NCBI GenBank assembly: GCA_001918155.1
Contig: MNFJ01000031.1
Span: 1-52,421, forward strand
Source of the DNA: Deltaproteobacteria bacterium 13_1_40CM_4_68_19
Lineage (GTDB): Bacteria; Myxococcota; Myxococcia; Myxococcales; 40CM-4-68-19
DNA length: 52,421 nt
Direction: 5' to 3'
This document shows, piece after piece, positions 30,059 to 42,930 of the stretch. Numbering within the stretch: position 1 is the stretch's first letter; every line of letters starts with the position of its first letter. A program made the translations under genes and the position numbers. The notes under the pieces are model-generated. The model had not been told where the DNA came from and did not search any database. It was given only the letters and a program-made list of their open reading frames with translations.

Positions 30059-32629
30059 ATGGAGGTCCCCTCCGTGTCCCTCGGCAAGAACTTCCGCCTC
30101 CCGACCGACTGCAAGCCCGTCCGCTATAGCGCCCATCTCGCCCCGGACCTGGCGAAAGGGACGTTCGAAGGCCGGATGGAGCTGGAGGTGCGCCTCCAGG
30201 CGCCGCGACGCGAGATCCATTTGCACGGCATCGGACTGGACGTCAAACGCGCCCGGGCGCGCGTGCAGGATCGCGCCTTGAAGGCGGCCATCGCGGCAGA
30301 CGCGGAGAGCGAGACGATCACCCTGCGCTTCGACGAGGAGTTGCCGCCGGGCAACGCGATGCTGGATCTTGCCTGGAGCGGGAACTTCAGCCCCGGATTG
30401 CGGGGTCTCTACCGCGCAGGCCCCTTGGCGGTGACGCAGTTCGAGGCGGCAGACGCCCGCCGCGTGTTTCCCTGCTTCGACGAGCCCGCCTTCAAAGCGC
30501 GGTGGAACCTGCAACTCGTCGGACTTCCCGACGGCCTCACCGCCTTGTCCAACGGCGCCGTGATCAAGGACCAGAAGGAGCCCGGCGGCGGCCGCACCGT
30601 GCAGTTCGCCGAGACTGCGCCCCTCAGCAGCTACCTGGTCGCCATCTGCGTCGGCGAGCTCGCCTCGAGCCCCGAGAGGAAGGCGCGCGCGTACCCGGTG
30701 CGCACCTGGGCGGTGCCGCAGAAGCAGGCGCTCACGGCGTTCGGCCAGGAAGTGGCCTGCGCGGTGCTGCCGCTCCTCGAGGACTACTTCGGCCAGCCGT
30801 ATGCCTACGGAAAGGTCGATCAGGTCGGTGTTCCGGACTTCGAGGCCGGCGCGATGGAAAACGCGGCCTGCATCACCTACCGCGAGGTCGCGCTGCTGCT
30901 CGATCCGAAGACGGCGCCGCTGAACGTGCAGAAGCGCGTCGCGGAGGTGATCACGCACGAGCTGTCGCACCAGTGGTTCGGCAACCTGGTCACCATGGTC
31001 TGGTGGGACGACCTCTGGCTCAACGAAGCCTTCGCCACCTGGATGGCCTACAAGATCGTCGATCAATGGCGCCCGCAGTGGCGGGTGTGGATGGACTTCG
31101 AGGCCGGCAAAGGCGCGGCGCTCCACCTCGATGCGCTCAAGTCGAGCCATCCCATCCGCGCGGAGATCCACAACGCCGAGGAGGCGGGCGAGAGCTTCGA
31201 CGCCATCACGTACGAGAAAGGCGGCGCGATCCTCCGCATGATCGAGGGGTACCTGGGCGAGGAGAAGTTTCGCGAAGGCATCCGGCTGTACATGCGCCGG
31301 CACCGGGAGGCGAACGCGACGGCCGACGACCTCTGGGGCGCGCTCGCGGAGGCGTCCGGCCAGCCGATCCTCGAGCTCGCGAACGGATGGATCCGGCAGA
31401 CCGGATATCCGCTGGTGACGCTGGGGCTGCAAGAGGGGAAGATCCGGATCGCACAGAGGCGATTCTTCTCCGACCCGCAAGCGACCCCCGAACCGACGCA
31501 ATGGCTGGTGCCGCTGGTCCTGAGGATCGACGGCCGCGAGCGCCGCGTCCTCCTCCAGTCGCAGGAGGAGACGCTCGACCCCGGCGGCAAGCCAGGCTGG
31601 GTGCTCGGGAATGCCGGCGCGCGCGGGTTCTACCGGACCGCGTACGACCCGGAGTTGCTGCGGCGGCTGGTGGCCGCGCTCCGGGAGCTTCGTCCGGAAG
31701 AGCGGATGGCGCTCGTCTCGGACCAGTGGGCGCTCGTGCGCGCCAACGCGGTGAAGCTCGAGGGCTTCCTGCACCTGCTCGCGGGCCTGAGGAGCGAAGA
31801 GGACCACACCGTGCTCGACGAGGTCGTCGGCCGGCTGGGATATCTCGAGCACCGCGGCGTCAGCGACGGGGACCGCCCCGCGTTCCACGCCTGGGTGCGC
31901 GGGCTCTTCGCCGGTCCAGGCGGGGAGCTCGGCTGGGACCCGGCGCCGGCCGAGGACGACGAGCGGCGGCTGCGGCGGGCAGCGGTGCTGCGCGCGCTCG
32001 CGCTGGTCGCTCGCGATCGGGCGGAGATCGCGCGCGCGAACGAACGCTTCCAGGAGCACCTGCAGCACCCGTTCGCGATCGATCCGAACCTGCTCGACAT
32101 CGTGGTGGCCGCGGCGGCTCGCGATGCCGACGAGAAGGGGTTCGAAGAGCTGCGCGAGCGCGCCCGCAGCGAGCTCGATCCCGCTGCCAAGCGCCGCTAC
32201 CTCCACGCGCTGGCCATGGTCGAGGAGCCGCGGCTCGTCGACCGCGCGGTGGCCCTCGCGCTGGATCCCCTCGTGCAGATGCAGGACTTCTCCAGCTACC
32301 TGGGGACCCTGCTCGGGAACCGCGCCGCGCGAGAAGCGGCCTGGCGCCTCGTGCAGACCCGGTGGGACGAGGTGCGCACGAAGGCCGACTCGCCGATGAT
32401 CCTGCGCCGGCTGGTGGAAGCGCTGGGGAGCCTGCCGGAGCGCCGGCACCTGGAAGAGGTGGAGAAGTTCCTCGTCGCCCATGAGCTGCCCTCGGCGAAG
32501 CAGGCGGTGGCGCAGACGCTGGAGCGTCTGCGGGCGGACGTGGCGCTGCGCGATCGGCTGCTGCCGGAGATGGCGGCCTTCCTGCGCGGAAGTCAGAAGT
32601 TGAACGTGACGACCAGCGTGTCGGAGTAG
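30059..32629 (+). CDS. M1 family zinc aminopeptidase with ERAP1-like C-terminal domain
   Basis: TQFE, FPCFDEP, GAMEN, HELSH...LNE, YEKG. Confidence 0.95.
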   Translation: MEVPSVSLGKNFRLPTDCKPVRYSAHLAPDLAKGTFEGRMELEVRLQAPRREIHLHGIGLDVKRARARVQDRALKAAIAADAESETITLRFDEELPPGNAMLDLAWSGNFSPGLRGLYRAGPLAVTQFEAADARRVFPCFDEPAFKARWNLQLVGLPDGLTALSNGAVIKDQKEPGGGRTVQFAETAPLSSYLVAICVGELASSPERKARAYPVRTWAVPQKQALTAFGQEVACAVLPLLEDYFGQPYAYGKVDQVGVPDFEAGAMENAACITYREVALLLDPKTAPLNVQKRVAEVITHELSHQWFGNLVTMVWWDDLWLNEAFATWMAYKIVDQWRPQWRVWMDFEAGKGAALHLDALKSSHPIRAEIHNAEEAGESFDAITYEKGGAILRMIEGYLGEEKFREGIRLYMRRHREANATADDLWGALAEASGQPILELANGWIRQTGYPLVTLGLQEGKIRIAQRRFFSDPQATPEPTQWLVPLVLRIDGRERRVLLQSQEETLDPGGKPGWVLGNAGARGFYRTAYDPELLRRLVAALRELRPEERMALVSDQWALVRANAVKLEGFLHLLAGLRSEEDHTVLDEVVGRLGYLEHRGVSDGDRPAFHAWVRGLFAGPGGELGWDPAPAEDDERRLRRAAVLRALALVARDRAEIARANERFQEHLQHPFAIDPNLLDIVVAAAARDADEKGFEELRERARSELDPAAKRRYLHALAMVEEPRLVDRAVALALDPLVQMQDFSSYLGTLLGNRAAREAAWRLVQTRWDEVRTKADSPMILRRLVEALGSLPERRHLEEVEKFLVAHELPSAKQAVAQTLERLRADVALRDRLLPEMAAFLRGSQKLNVTTSVSE

Positions 32630-33021
32630 CTGCCGACGGAGACGTCCTGCAGCGCGAACGCGCGCGCGTAGTACGGAACGGAGACGATGTTGCCGGCCGG
32701 CACCGACACGGGCGTGGAAGACCAGACCGTGTTCCGCGCCGCATCCACGAAGATGTCGTAGGACAGCCAGTCCGTGCCACCGGTGAGCGTCATGCGCCGG
32801 CGGCCGTTCGCGAACGCCTGCCCTGCGTCGATGGTCACCGTGGGTGTCGTCGGCGGCGGGCAGCTGTAGGAGATCGTCCCTGCCGAGTCCGTCGGCGTTG
32901 CGTTGTACACGTCATAGTTTCCGAACACGAGCGCGGTGACCGAGAGGTTCTTGCAGCTCGGCGCGGCCCGTGCCGAGGAGGCAGCGGCGACGGCGGCGAT
33001 CGCCAGGAACCAGCGCTTCAC
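32593..33021 (-). CDS. Spore coat protein U / Csu-type pilin, divergently encoded
   Basis: Signal peptide, two Cys, FGNY, C-terminal GSYSDTLVVTFNF. Confidence 0.87.
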   Translation of the reverse strand: MKRWFLAIAAVAAASSARAAPSCKNLSVTALVFGNYDVYNATPTDSAGTISYSCPPPTTPTVTIDAGQAFANGRRRMTLTGGTDWLSYDIFVDAARNTVWSSTPVSVPAGNIVSVPYYARAFALQDVSVGSYSDTLVVTFNF

Positions 33022-33173
33022 GGTACCGATCCTGCTCCAGTCCGCGTTGCGGCTCCACAAAAAAATTGCAAATGCGTGCGTGTGGGCGAGCAGATGTATG
33101 CAAAACGTCCATGCCCCCCTCCAGATCGCCACTTATCTCTACGTTTTCTCTGTAATTTTCGATAACCAATCGC

Positions 33174-33201
33174 TTGACTGCAGGCTGGTGGGGCCCATAA
33201 T
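33174..33201 (+). promoter_or_regulatory. Putative sigma70-type promoter of the pilus operon
   Basis: TTGACT (33174-33179), 16 nt, CATAAT (33196-33201) in an AT-rich intergenic region. Confidence 0.5.
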
Positions 33202-33229
33202 CTGGCTACCGAAGCTTGGGGGATCGCCA

Positions 33230-33760
33230 ATGATGGATCGACGCGGGAAATCCTGCCGCCGCACCGGGGCCGTGTGCCTTGCGGCCCTGTTCGCCATGGC
33301 CGCATGGACGCCGGATGCCGGCGCGGCGACCGCGACCTCCCCGTTCACGGTGACGGGCACGGTGACGGCCATGTGCACCATCGCCACGACGGGAATCAGC
33401 TTCACCTACGATCCGGTCGTCGCCAACGCGAGCGCGAACGCCCTCGCCATTGGCGGCACGGTGACGATCGCCTGCACCAAGGGGTCCGCGCCGAGCATCG
33501 GCCTCGACAACGGACTGCATCCGGGCGCGGCCTCGGCGGGCCCGCGCGCGATGCGACTGGGCGCCACCACCAACTACCTCGGCTACGACATCTACTGGCC
33601 GGGAACCACGACTTCCTGGACCATCGCCGCCCCGTACGTGCCTTCCGCGCCCGCCAGCAAGGCTGCGCGAACCTTCAACATGGACGGCGCCGCAATCGCG
33701 GGTCAGGACGTCGCCGTCGGCAGCTACACGGATACCGTCACTGCGACGGTGAACTTCTAA
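33230..33760 (+). CDS. Spore coat protein U / Csu-type pilin
   Basis: Signal peptide, Cys pair, YDP, C-terminal GQDVAVGSYTDTVTATVNF. Confidence 0.88.
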   Translation: MMDRRGKSCRRTGAVCLAALFAMAAWTPDAGAATATSPFTVTGTVTAMCTIATTGISFTYDPVVANASANALAIGGTVTIACTKGSAPSIGLDNGLHPGAASAGPRAMRLGATTNYLGYDIYWPGTTTSWTIAAPYVPSAPASKAARTFNMDGAAIAGQDVAVGSYTDTVTATVNF

Positions 33761-33781
33761 GCCCTAAAAGGAGGATTTGAC

Positions 33782-34348
33782 ATGCCTCGCCATTCTGTCC
33801 AGATGCTGGCCGCTGCAGTTGCGGCTGTCCTGCTCCTCGCCGATGCTCCAGCGCACGCGACGGCGATCAGCAAGAATTTCAATGCCACCGCGTCCGTCGC
33901 CGCGAAATGCGTGATGAGCAACGTCGGCGACCTGAACTTCGGCGCGTACGATCCCGTCGTGGCCAACGCGACCACTGGTCTGGCCGGCAACACCAGCTTC
34001 ACGCTGACCTGCACGCGTGGCTCCTCGCCGATCATCTCGCTCTCCGTCGCCAACGCGAATTTCGGGCAGAACATCGCGGGCAAGCGGGCGATGAACAACA
34101 CCACCTCGCCGGCTGCCGGCAACTTCCTCTCGTACGATCTGTTCGTGCCGAACGGCGTCGGAGACTCCTCCACGGCCGCCCCGAGCGTCGCGTTTTGGGG
34201 CGACAACACTTCCGGCACCTCGACCTTCTCGCCCTCCGTGCCGACCATCTCCGCGCAGACCATCACGATCTTCGGCTCGGTGCCTCCCGGGCAGGACGTG
34301 GCGGTCGGCAGCTACACCGACAGCGTGACGGCGACGGTCAACTTCTAA
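33782..34348 (+). CDS. Spore coat protein U / Csu-type pilin (likely major subunit)
   Basis: Strong AGGAGG RBS, signal peptide, LNFGAYDP, GQDVAVGSYTDSVTATVNF. Confidence 0.9.
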   Translation: MPRHSVQMLAAAVAAVLLLADAPAHATAISKNFNATASVAAKCVMSNVGDLNFGAYDPVVANATTGLAGNTSFTLTCTRGSSPIISLSVANANFGQNIAGKRAMNNTTSPAAGNFLSYDLFVPNGVGDSSTAAPSVAFWGDNTSGTSTFSPSVPTISAQTITIFGSVPPGQDVAVGSYTDSVTATVNF

Positions 34349-35104
34349 GTGATCCGCATCGGCAAGCGGCACATCGCGCTCGCGCTCGGCGTCCTCTGCG
34401 GGGCCGGGCGCGCGCGCGCTTCCGGTCTCAACATCTCGCCGGTCCAGGTCTGGCTGACGCCCGACGCCTCGAAATCGCTGCTCACGCTCCGCAACGAGGG
34501 GCCTGAGGACGCCCGGTACCAGGTCACCATCATGGCATGGGACGAGGACGGCCGGACCGGGATGAAGCTCGGGCCCACCGAGGACGTCCTCGTGTTTCCT
34601 ACCGTCCTCGAGCTGAAGGTCGGGGAGACGCGAAGTCTGCGTCTGGGAGCCGTGATCCCCTTCGGGCCGGTGGAGAAGACCTACCGGATCTTCCTGGAGG
34701 AGCTGCCCGCCGCGGAGAAGCCGCAGACGCGCTCGACCGTACGGGTCCTGACCAGGGTGGGAATTCCGGTGTTCGTCGCACCGGTGAAGCTGCTCGAGGA
34801 TCGCAAGCTCTCCACGCTCTCGATCGGCGCCGCCGGCGCCTCGCTCGACGTGCAGAACACGGGCAACGTCCACCTCCGCGTGGACACCGTGCGCCTGGAA
34901 GGCTTCGCCGAGGGGGGAGCGAAGCTGTTCGAGAAGGAGGCGCAGGGCTGGTACGTGCTGGCCGGCGGCCACAAGCGCTATGAAGTCGCGGTCCCGAAGG
35001 ACGCGTGTACGAAGGTGCGCAGGCTCGTCATGTCCGTGAAGACGGACAAGGAGCAGGTGTTCCAGGAGCCGCTCGACACGCCGGGTGGGGCGTGCGGCAC
35101 GTGA
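34349..35104 (+). CDS. Periplasmic fimbrial chaperone (PapD/CsuC-like)
   Basis: ISPVQV, LTLRN, EKTYRIFLEELP, IPVFV, NTGNVH. Confidence 0.92.
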   Translation: MIRIGKRHIALALGVLCGAGRARASGLNISPVQVWLTPDASKSLLTLRNEGPEDARYQVTIMAWDEDGRTGMKLGPTEDVLVFPTVLELKVGETRSLRLGAVIPFGPVEKTYRIFLEELPAAEKPQTRSTVRVLTRVGIPVFVAPVKLLEDRKLSTLSIGAAGASLDVQNTGNVHLRVDTVRLEGFAEGGAKLFEKEAQGWYVLAGGHKRYEVAVPKDACTKVRRLVMSVKTDKEQVFQEPLDTPGGACGT

Positions 35105-35107
35105 CAT

Positions 35108-37441
35108 ATGCGGCGGGGGGTGGCAGCGCTGCTGCTCTTCTGGGCCCCGGCGCTGCTGGCGCAGCCCGGGCTCGAGCAGCGCGCCTACCTGGAGCTGTTC
35201 GTCAACGACGTCTCCAGGGACACCGTGCTGGTGTACCTGCGCGGCGCCGACACGCCCGATGACGCGCTGGTCGCGGTAGCCGACCTCGAGAACGGTGGCC
35301 TGCGCGGGCTGCGCGGCAACCGCGAGATGCACGACGGGCGCGAGTACGTCTCGCTGCGATCGCTCGCCCCGGAGGTCGAGTTCCGCTTCGATCCGCAGGC
35401 GCTTGCCATTCGCATCGTCGCCCAGCCGGCGATGCTGGAGACCACTGCGATCGACCTGCGTCCGGTGGTCCGTCCGACGGGGATGGTCCTGCACCGCGAT
35501 ACGAGCGGCTTCATGAATTACTCGCTCACCGCCGACGGGCGCGGCACCTTCAGCGGCTCGGGCGAGCTCGGCGCCAGCCTGCGCGGGAACCTCGCCTTCA
35601 CCGGCTTCTCGGTCCTGCCCGATCACAGTTTCGTGCGCGGCCTTTCCTACCTGGTCCTGGACGATCCGTCCGAGATGCGGCGCATCCAGCTCGGCGACGC
35701 GATCGGGTTTTCTTCCGACCTGGGCGGCACCGCGCAGCTTTCCGGGATCAGCGTGACGCGCGAGTTCGCGCTGGATCCGTACTTCGTCCGGCAGCCGCTT
35801 CCGCGGCTCTCGGGAGCGATCCTCACTCCCTCGACCCTCGACGTGTACATGAACGGCACGCTGCTGCGGCACGAGCAGATCGCTCCCGGTCCGTTCGAGG
35901 TGCGCAACCTGCCCGTCGGCAGCGGCGTCGGACAGGTGAGCTACGTGGTGCGCGACGCGTTCGGCCGCACGCAGGAGTTCGCCTCGCCGTACTACGCCGC
36001 CTCCGGTGTGCTCGCCGACGGCATCAGCGAGTACGGCTATCACCTCGGGTTCCGGCGGCTTGGCTTCGGGCAGGAGTCGACCCACTATGGGTCTCCCGAG
36101 CTGCTGGCCCGTCACCGCATCGGAATCGGCGATCGGCTGACCGTCGGCTACCGGCTGGAGTCGGCGCTGCAGCGCACCGGGGGCACCTCGCTGCTGGCGA
36201 GCGGCGGTCCGAACCTCGCGCTCGCGCTTCCCGTCGGCGAGCTCGATCTGGAGGCCGCAGCCAGCACCGACGGCGCGGCGACGGGTGCTGCGGGCTCGCT
36301 TTCGTACACGGTGTTCACGCGCCGGCTCTCGGCGGGTGGTTCCATCCGGGCGATGAGCGCGAGCTACTCCAACTTGTCCTTGCCAGCCGCCGCCGACCGC
36401 CCTCTGCTGCAGCTGCGTGGGGCCGTCGGAGCGCCGGTGATGCCGCGGGTGAACGTCGCGCTGGAGGCCCAGCTCAACGCCATGCGCGACGTCGGCCTTT
36501 CCTCCGCGATCACGCTGCGGGGCGACCTGCACGTCTCGAACGACCTGGCGATCTCGCTGAGCGCCTCGCGCCAGCGCACGCCCGGAGAAGGCGCGGAGTG
36601 GCTCGCCTTTCTTACGTTGATGTACAGCTTCGGCAGCGGCGCCTCGGGCGACATCAGCGGCACGGCCGGCAGCCGTTCGGGCTCGGCGAGCGCGGGCGTG
36701 CAGAAGGCCCTGCCGCTCGGCGAGGGCTGGGGCTACCAGCTCCGCTCCACGCTCGACCGCGATCAGCCCGCGGGCGGCCTCGGGCAGGTCCAGTACCAAG
36801 GCGCGTACGGGACGTACCTGGTGAACTACGATCGCGTTGCCGGCAGCGACGGCGCGACGGCCACCGCCGCCGGCGCCCTCGTGCTGGTGGATGGAATCGT
36901 GATGGCCAGCCGGCCGGTGCGGGAAGGATACGCTCTCATCCAGGTGCCCGGCTTGGAAGGCGTGCGCGGATTCCTGAACAACCAGGAGATCGGGCGCACG
37001 AACGGGAGCGGCAATCTCCTCGTCCCGTCGCTGCAGCCGTACTACGGGAACCGACTGCGCATCGGAGACGCGGACATCCCGATCGATTACCAGATCGGGG
37101 CCGTCGAGCAGGTGGTGGCCACGACGGTGCGGGGTGGCGCCCTGGTGCCGTTCGACGTCCAGCGGGTGACCAGCGTCAAAGGGATGGTCCGCGTCGATCT
37201 GAACGGGCATCCGACGGTGCCGGCATTCGGCGAGCTGAGGCTCGATTCGAGGCTGAAGAGCCCTCTGGGCGCGGACGGGCAGTTCTGGTTCGAAGACCTG
37301 GGCGTTGGAACCCACCTGGCGGAGGTGGAGTTCCGCGAAGGGACGTGCAGGTTCGAGCTGGTGGTTCCGAAAGATCCCGGGACGTCGTTGAACCTGGGCA
37401 CCGTCTCCTGCAGCGCGGGGCAGGTCGCGATCGGCGAGTAG
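35108..37441 (+). CDS. Fimbrial outer-membrane usher (CsuD-like)
   Basis: LELFVN, PSTLDVYMNG, GPFEV, VVRDAFGR, C-terminal Cys pair; follows the chaperone. Confidence 0.92.
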   Translation: MRRGVAALLLFWAPALLAQPGLEQRAYLELFVNDVSRDTVLVYLRGADTPDDALVAVADLENGGLRGLRGNREMHDGREYVSLRSLAPEVEFRFDPQALAIRIVAQPAMLETTAIDLRPVVRPTGMVLHRDTSGFMNYSLTADGRGTFSGSGELGASLRGNLAFTGFSVLPDHSFVRGLSYLVLDDPSEMRRIQLGDAIGFSSDLGGTAQLSGISVTREFALDPYFVRQPLPRLSGAILTPSTLDVYMNGTLLRHEQIAPGPFEVRNLPVGSGVGQVSYVVRDAFGRTQEFASPYYAASGVLADGISEYGYHLGFRRLGFGQESTHYGSPELLARHRIGIGDRLTVGYRLESALQRTGGTSLLASGGPNLALALPVGELDLEAAASTDGAATGAAGSLSYTVFTRRLSAGGSIRAMSASYSNLSLPAAADRPLLQLRGAVGAPVMPRVNVALEAQLNAMRDVGLSSAITLRGDLHVSNDLAISLSASRQRTPGEGAEWLAFLTLMYSFGSGASGDISGTAGSRSGSASAGVQKALPLGEGWGYQLRSTLDRDQPAGGLGQVQYQGAYGTYLVNYDRVAGSDGATATAAGALVLVDGIVMASRPVREGYALIQVPGLEGVRGFLNNQEIGRTNGSGNLLVPSLQPYYGNRLRIGDADIPIDYQIGAVEQVVATTVRGGALVPFDVQRVTSVKGMVRVDLNGHPTVPAFGELRLDSRLKSPLGADGQFWFEDLGVGTHLAEVEFREGTCRFELVVPKDPGTSLNLGTVSCSAGQVAIGE

Positions 37442-37442
37442 T

Positions 37443-40720
<3,278 letters not shown>

Positions 40721-40724
<4 letters not shown>

Positions 40725-42241
40725 CGGGCGCTCCTCCCGTAGAGGCCCGTCATCTCGCCGAGGCGGTCGAGCACTGCCACATCCGGCAGCGCCTCCAGCC
40801 TCCATTCCCAGTTCCCCTCGGCTGTGCCGGGCAGATTCATCCGCGCTTCCGATCCGAGACCGAGCAGGTCCTGGACCGGAGCGATCGCCAGATTCGCGAC
40901 CGACCCCCAGACGCCGCGGATCATGTCCCAATGGATCTCGCGGCCGCCGTCCTTCACTCCCAGATACGCGAGCGCCATCCGGCGCTCCTCCTCGCACTGC
41001 TCCTCCGAACGCTGCGGGGAGCCGCAGTCGTGGAACCAGGCGGAGGTGGTGTCGTTGTCGTGCGTGCCGGTGTAGGCGACCGAGTTGCGCTCGTAGTTGT
41101 GCGGCATGAAGGCCCGCGCCTGGACGTCTGTGCCGAAGGCGAACTGCAGCACCCGCATCCCCGGAAACCCGAAGCGCTCGCGCAGCGCCGTCACTTCCGG
41201 GGTGACCTCGCCCAGATCCTCGGCGATCAGCTGCGCCGGTCCCAGCGCCTCGAACAGCCTGGCTCCGGGTCCCGGCCGCCAGCGGCCGTTCTTCGCGGTG
41301 GGCTCCCGGGCGGGGACTTCCCAGTATCGGGTGAAGCCGATGAAATGGTCGAGCCGCACGGCATCGAACCGCGCGAACGTCTGCGCGAATCGCTGGAGCC
41401 ACCAATGGAAGCCGGTCCGCTCGAGCGCCTCCCAATCATAGAGAGGGTTCCCCCAGCGCTGGCCGGTCGCGCTGAAGTAGTCGGGAGGGACGCCGGCAAC
41501 CACCGTGGGTTGACCTTGCGCGTCGAGGAAGAACAGCTCCCGGTGGGCCCAGACGTCGGCGCTGTCGTGGGCGACGAAGATGGGGAGGTCGCCGATCAGC
41601 CCGATGCCCAGCTGGTGGCACTCGTCGCGCAGCGCCTGCCAGTGGTCGTCGAAGAGGAACTGTTCGAATCGGTGCTGGTCGATCTCGGCGCGCAGGGCGC
41701 GACGGGCGCGATCGAGCGCAGCCCGATCGCGCGAGCGGAGCTCCGGCTCCCATTCCGTCCACGGGCGGTCGCCCCGGGATTGCTTGATCGCAGCGTAGAG
41801 CCCGAAGTCCTCCAGCCAGCCTGCGTTCGCGGCGCAGAAGGCTTCGAAGTGCAGATGATCGTCCGTCCGCCTGCCGTGCGCGGCGTAGGCATTGCGCAAC
41901 TGCGGCATCCGCCAGGAGCGCGTCGCCGCGTAGTCCACGCGTCCGCGGCGAAAGCGCGGCGCGTCCGAGAGCGCGGCGCGGGAGAGAAGACCTTCCTCGG
42001 CCAGGCGCTCGAGGCTGATGAGCAGCGGGTTCCCCGCGAACGAGGAGTGCGCGCTGTACGGCGAGTTGCCGTACCCGAGCGGCCCGACCGGCAGCATCTG
42101 CCACCAGCGCTGCCCGGCATCGTGCAGCGAGCGCGCGAACGCGTGCGCTTGCGGCCCCAGGTCGCCGCACCCGTGAGGACCGGGGAGCGACGTCAGATGG
42201 AGCAGGATGCCGCTTGCCCGCTCGCTCAGATCGAAGGCCAT
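40721..42241 (-). CDS. malQ: 4-alpha-glucanotransferase (amylomaltase, GH77)
   Basis: [49 protein letters not shown]. Confidence 0.96.
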
Positions 42242-42462
42242 CCTTGTCCCACCATGGAATACCGTCGCCAGGGACGACGGCCGGTGTTTGTACCGCGAAT
42301 CCAGTCACCTTGGGGGGAATCGCCCCCGCCTGGATGGCTGGCGGAAGTGCCGGAGGGGCTTTCGGGATGAGATCTACCACGTCGAATGTTACATTCGCGT
42401 ATCCGCACGTGGTTGCGGACAGGGCGGCAAGGTGCCGTCCAAACATCGAAAGAAGCGTTGGA

Positions 42463-42669
42463 ATGGTTACAGGTACCGTGAAATGGTTCAATGACGCGAA
42501 GGGGTTCGGGTTCATCGTGCAGGACAACGGCGGCCCGGACGTCTTCTGCCATCACACCGCCATCCAGGCGGACGGCTTCCGCTCGCTGGCCGAAGGGCAG
42601 AAGGTCGAATTCGAGGTGCAGAAGGGGCCGAAGGGCCTGCAGGCCGCGAACGTCCGCCCCGTCGCCTAA
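42463..42669 (+). CDS. Cold-shock protein (CspA family)
   Basis: [31 protein letters not shown]. Confidence 0.96.
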   Translation: MVTGTVKWFNDAKGFGFIVQDNGGPDVFCHHTAIQADGFRSLAEGQKVEFEVQKGPKGLQAANVRPVA

Positions 42670-42691
42670 AGCGGATCGGACGGTGTGAACG

Positions 42692-42721
42692 AGCCCGGCC
42701 TTCACAAAGGCCGGGCTTTTT
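42692..42721 (+). terminator. Rho-independent terminator after csp
   Basis: AGCCCGGCCTT-CACA-AAGGCCGGGCT followed by T-run. Confidence 0.85.
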
Positions 42722-42738
42722 CGTTATCTGGAGGACGC

Positions 42739-42921
42739 GTGCAGCCGAGATCCAACAAACGACAGAAGGAGCTGGCGCGCCTCGAGCGGCGCAAGGAGAA
42801 AGACGAGCGCCGCGAGCAGCGCAAGCGCGAGCGCGCCGAGCGCGTGGTTCCCGAAGGTGAGGATCCGGACATCGCGGGGATCGTCCCGGGGCCGCAGCCG
42901 AAGGAGGAAGAGGAGCTTTGA
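42739..42921 (+). CDS. Small highly charged protein downstream of csp
   Basis: GGAGG RBS 4 nt before GTG; KRQKELAR...EDPDIAGIVPGPQP. Confidence 0.7.
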   Translation: MQPRSNKRQKELARLERRKEKDERREQRKRERAERVVPEGEDPDIAGIVPGPQPKEEEEL

Positions 42922-42930
42922 TGTTCCTTG

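Noticed and set aside
33704-34348. Repeat array or diversity-generating template in the pilin genes
   Set aside because: Two diverged copies differing mostly at synonymous positions: ordinary paralogy, no reverse transcriptase nearby
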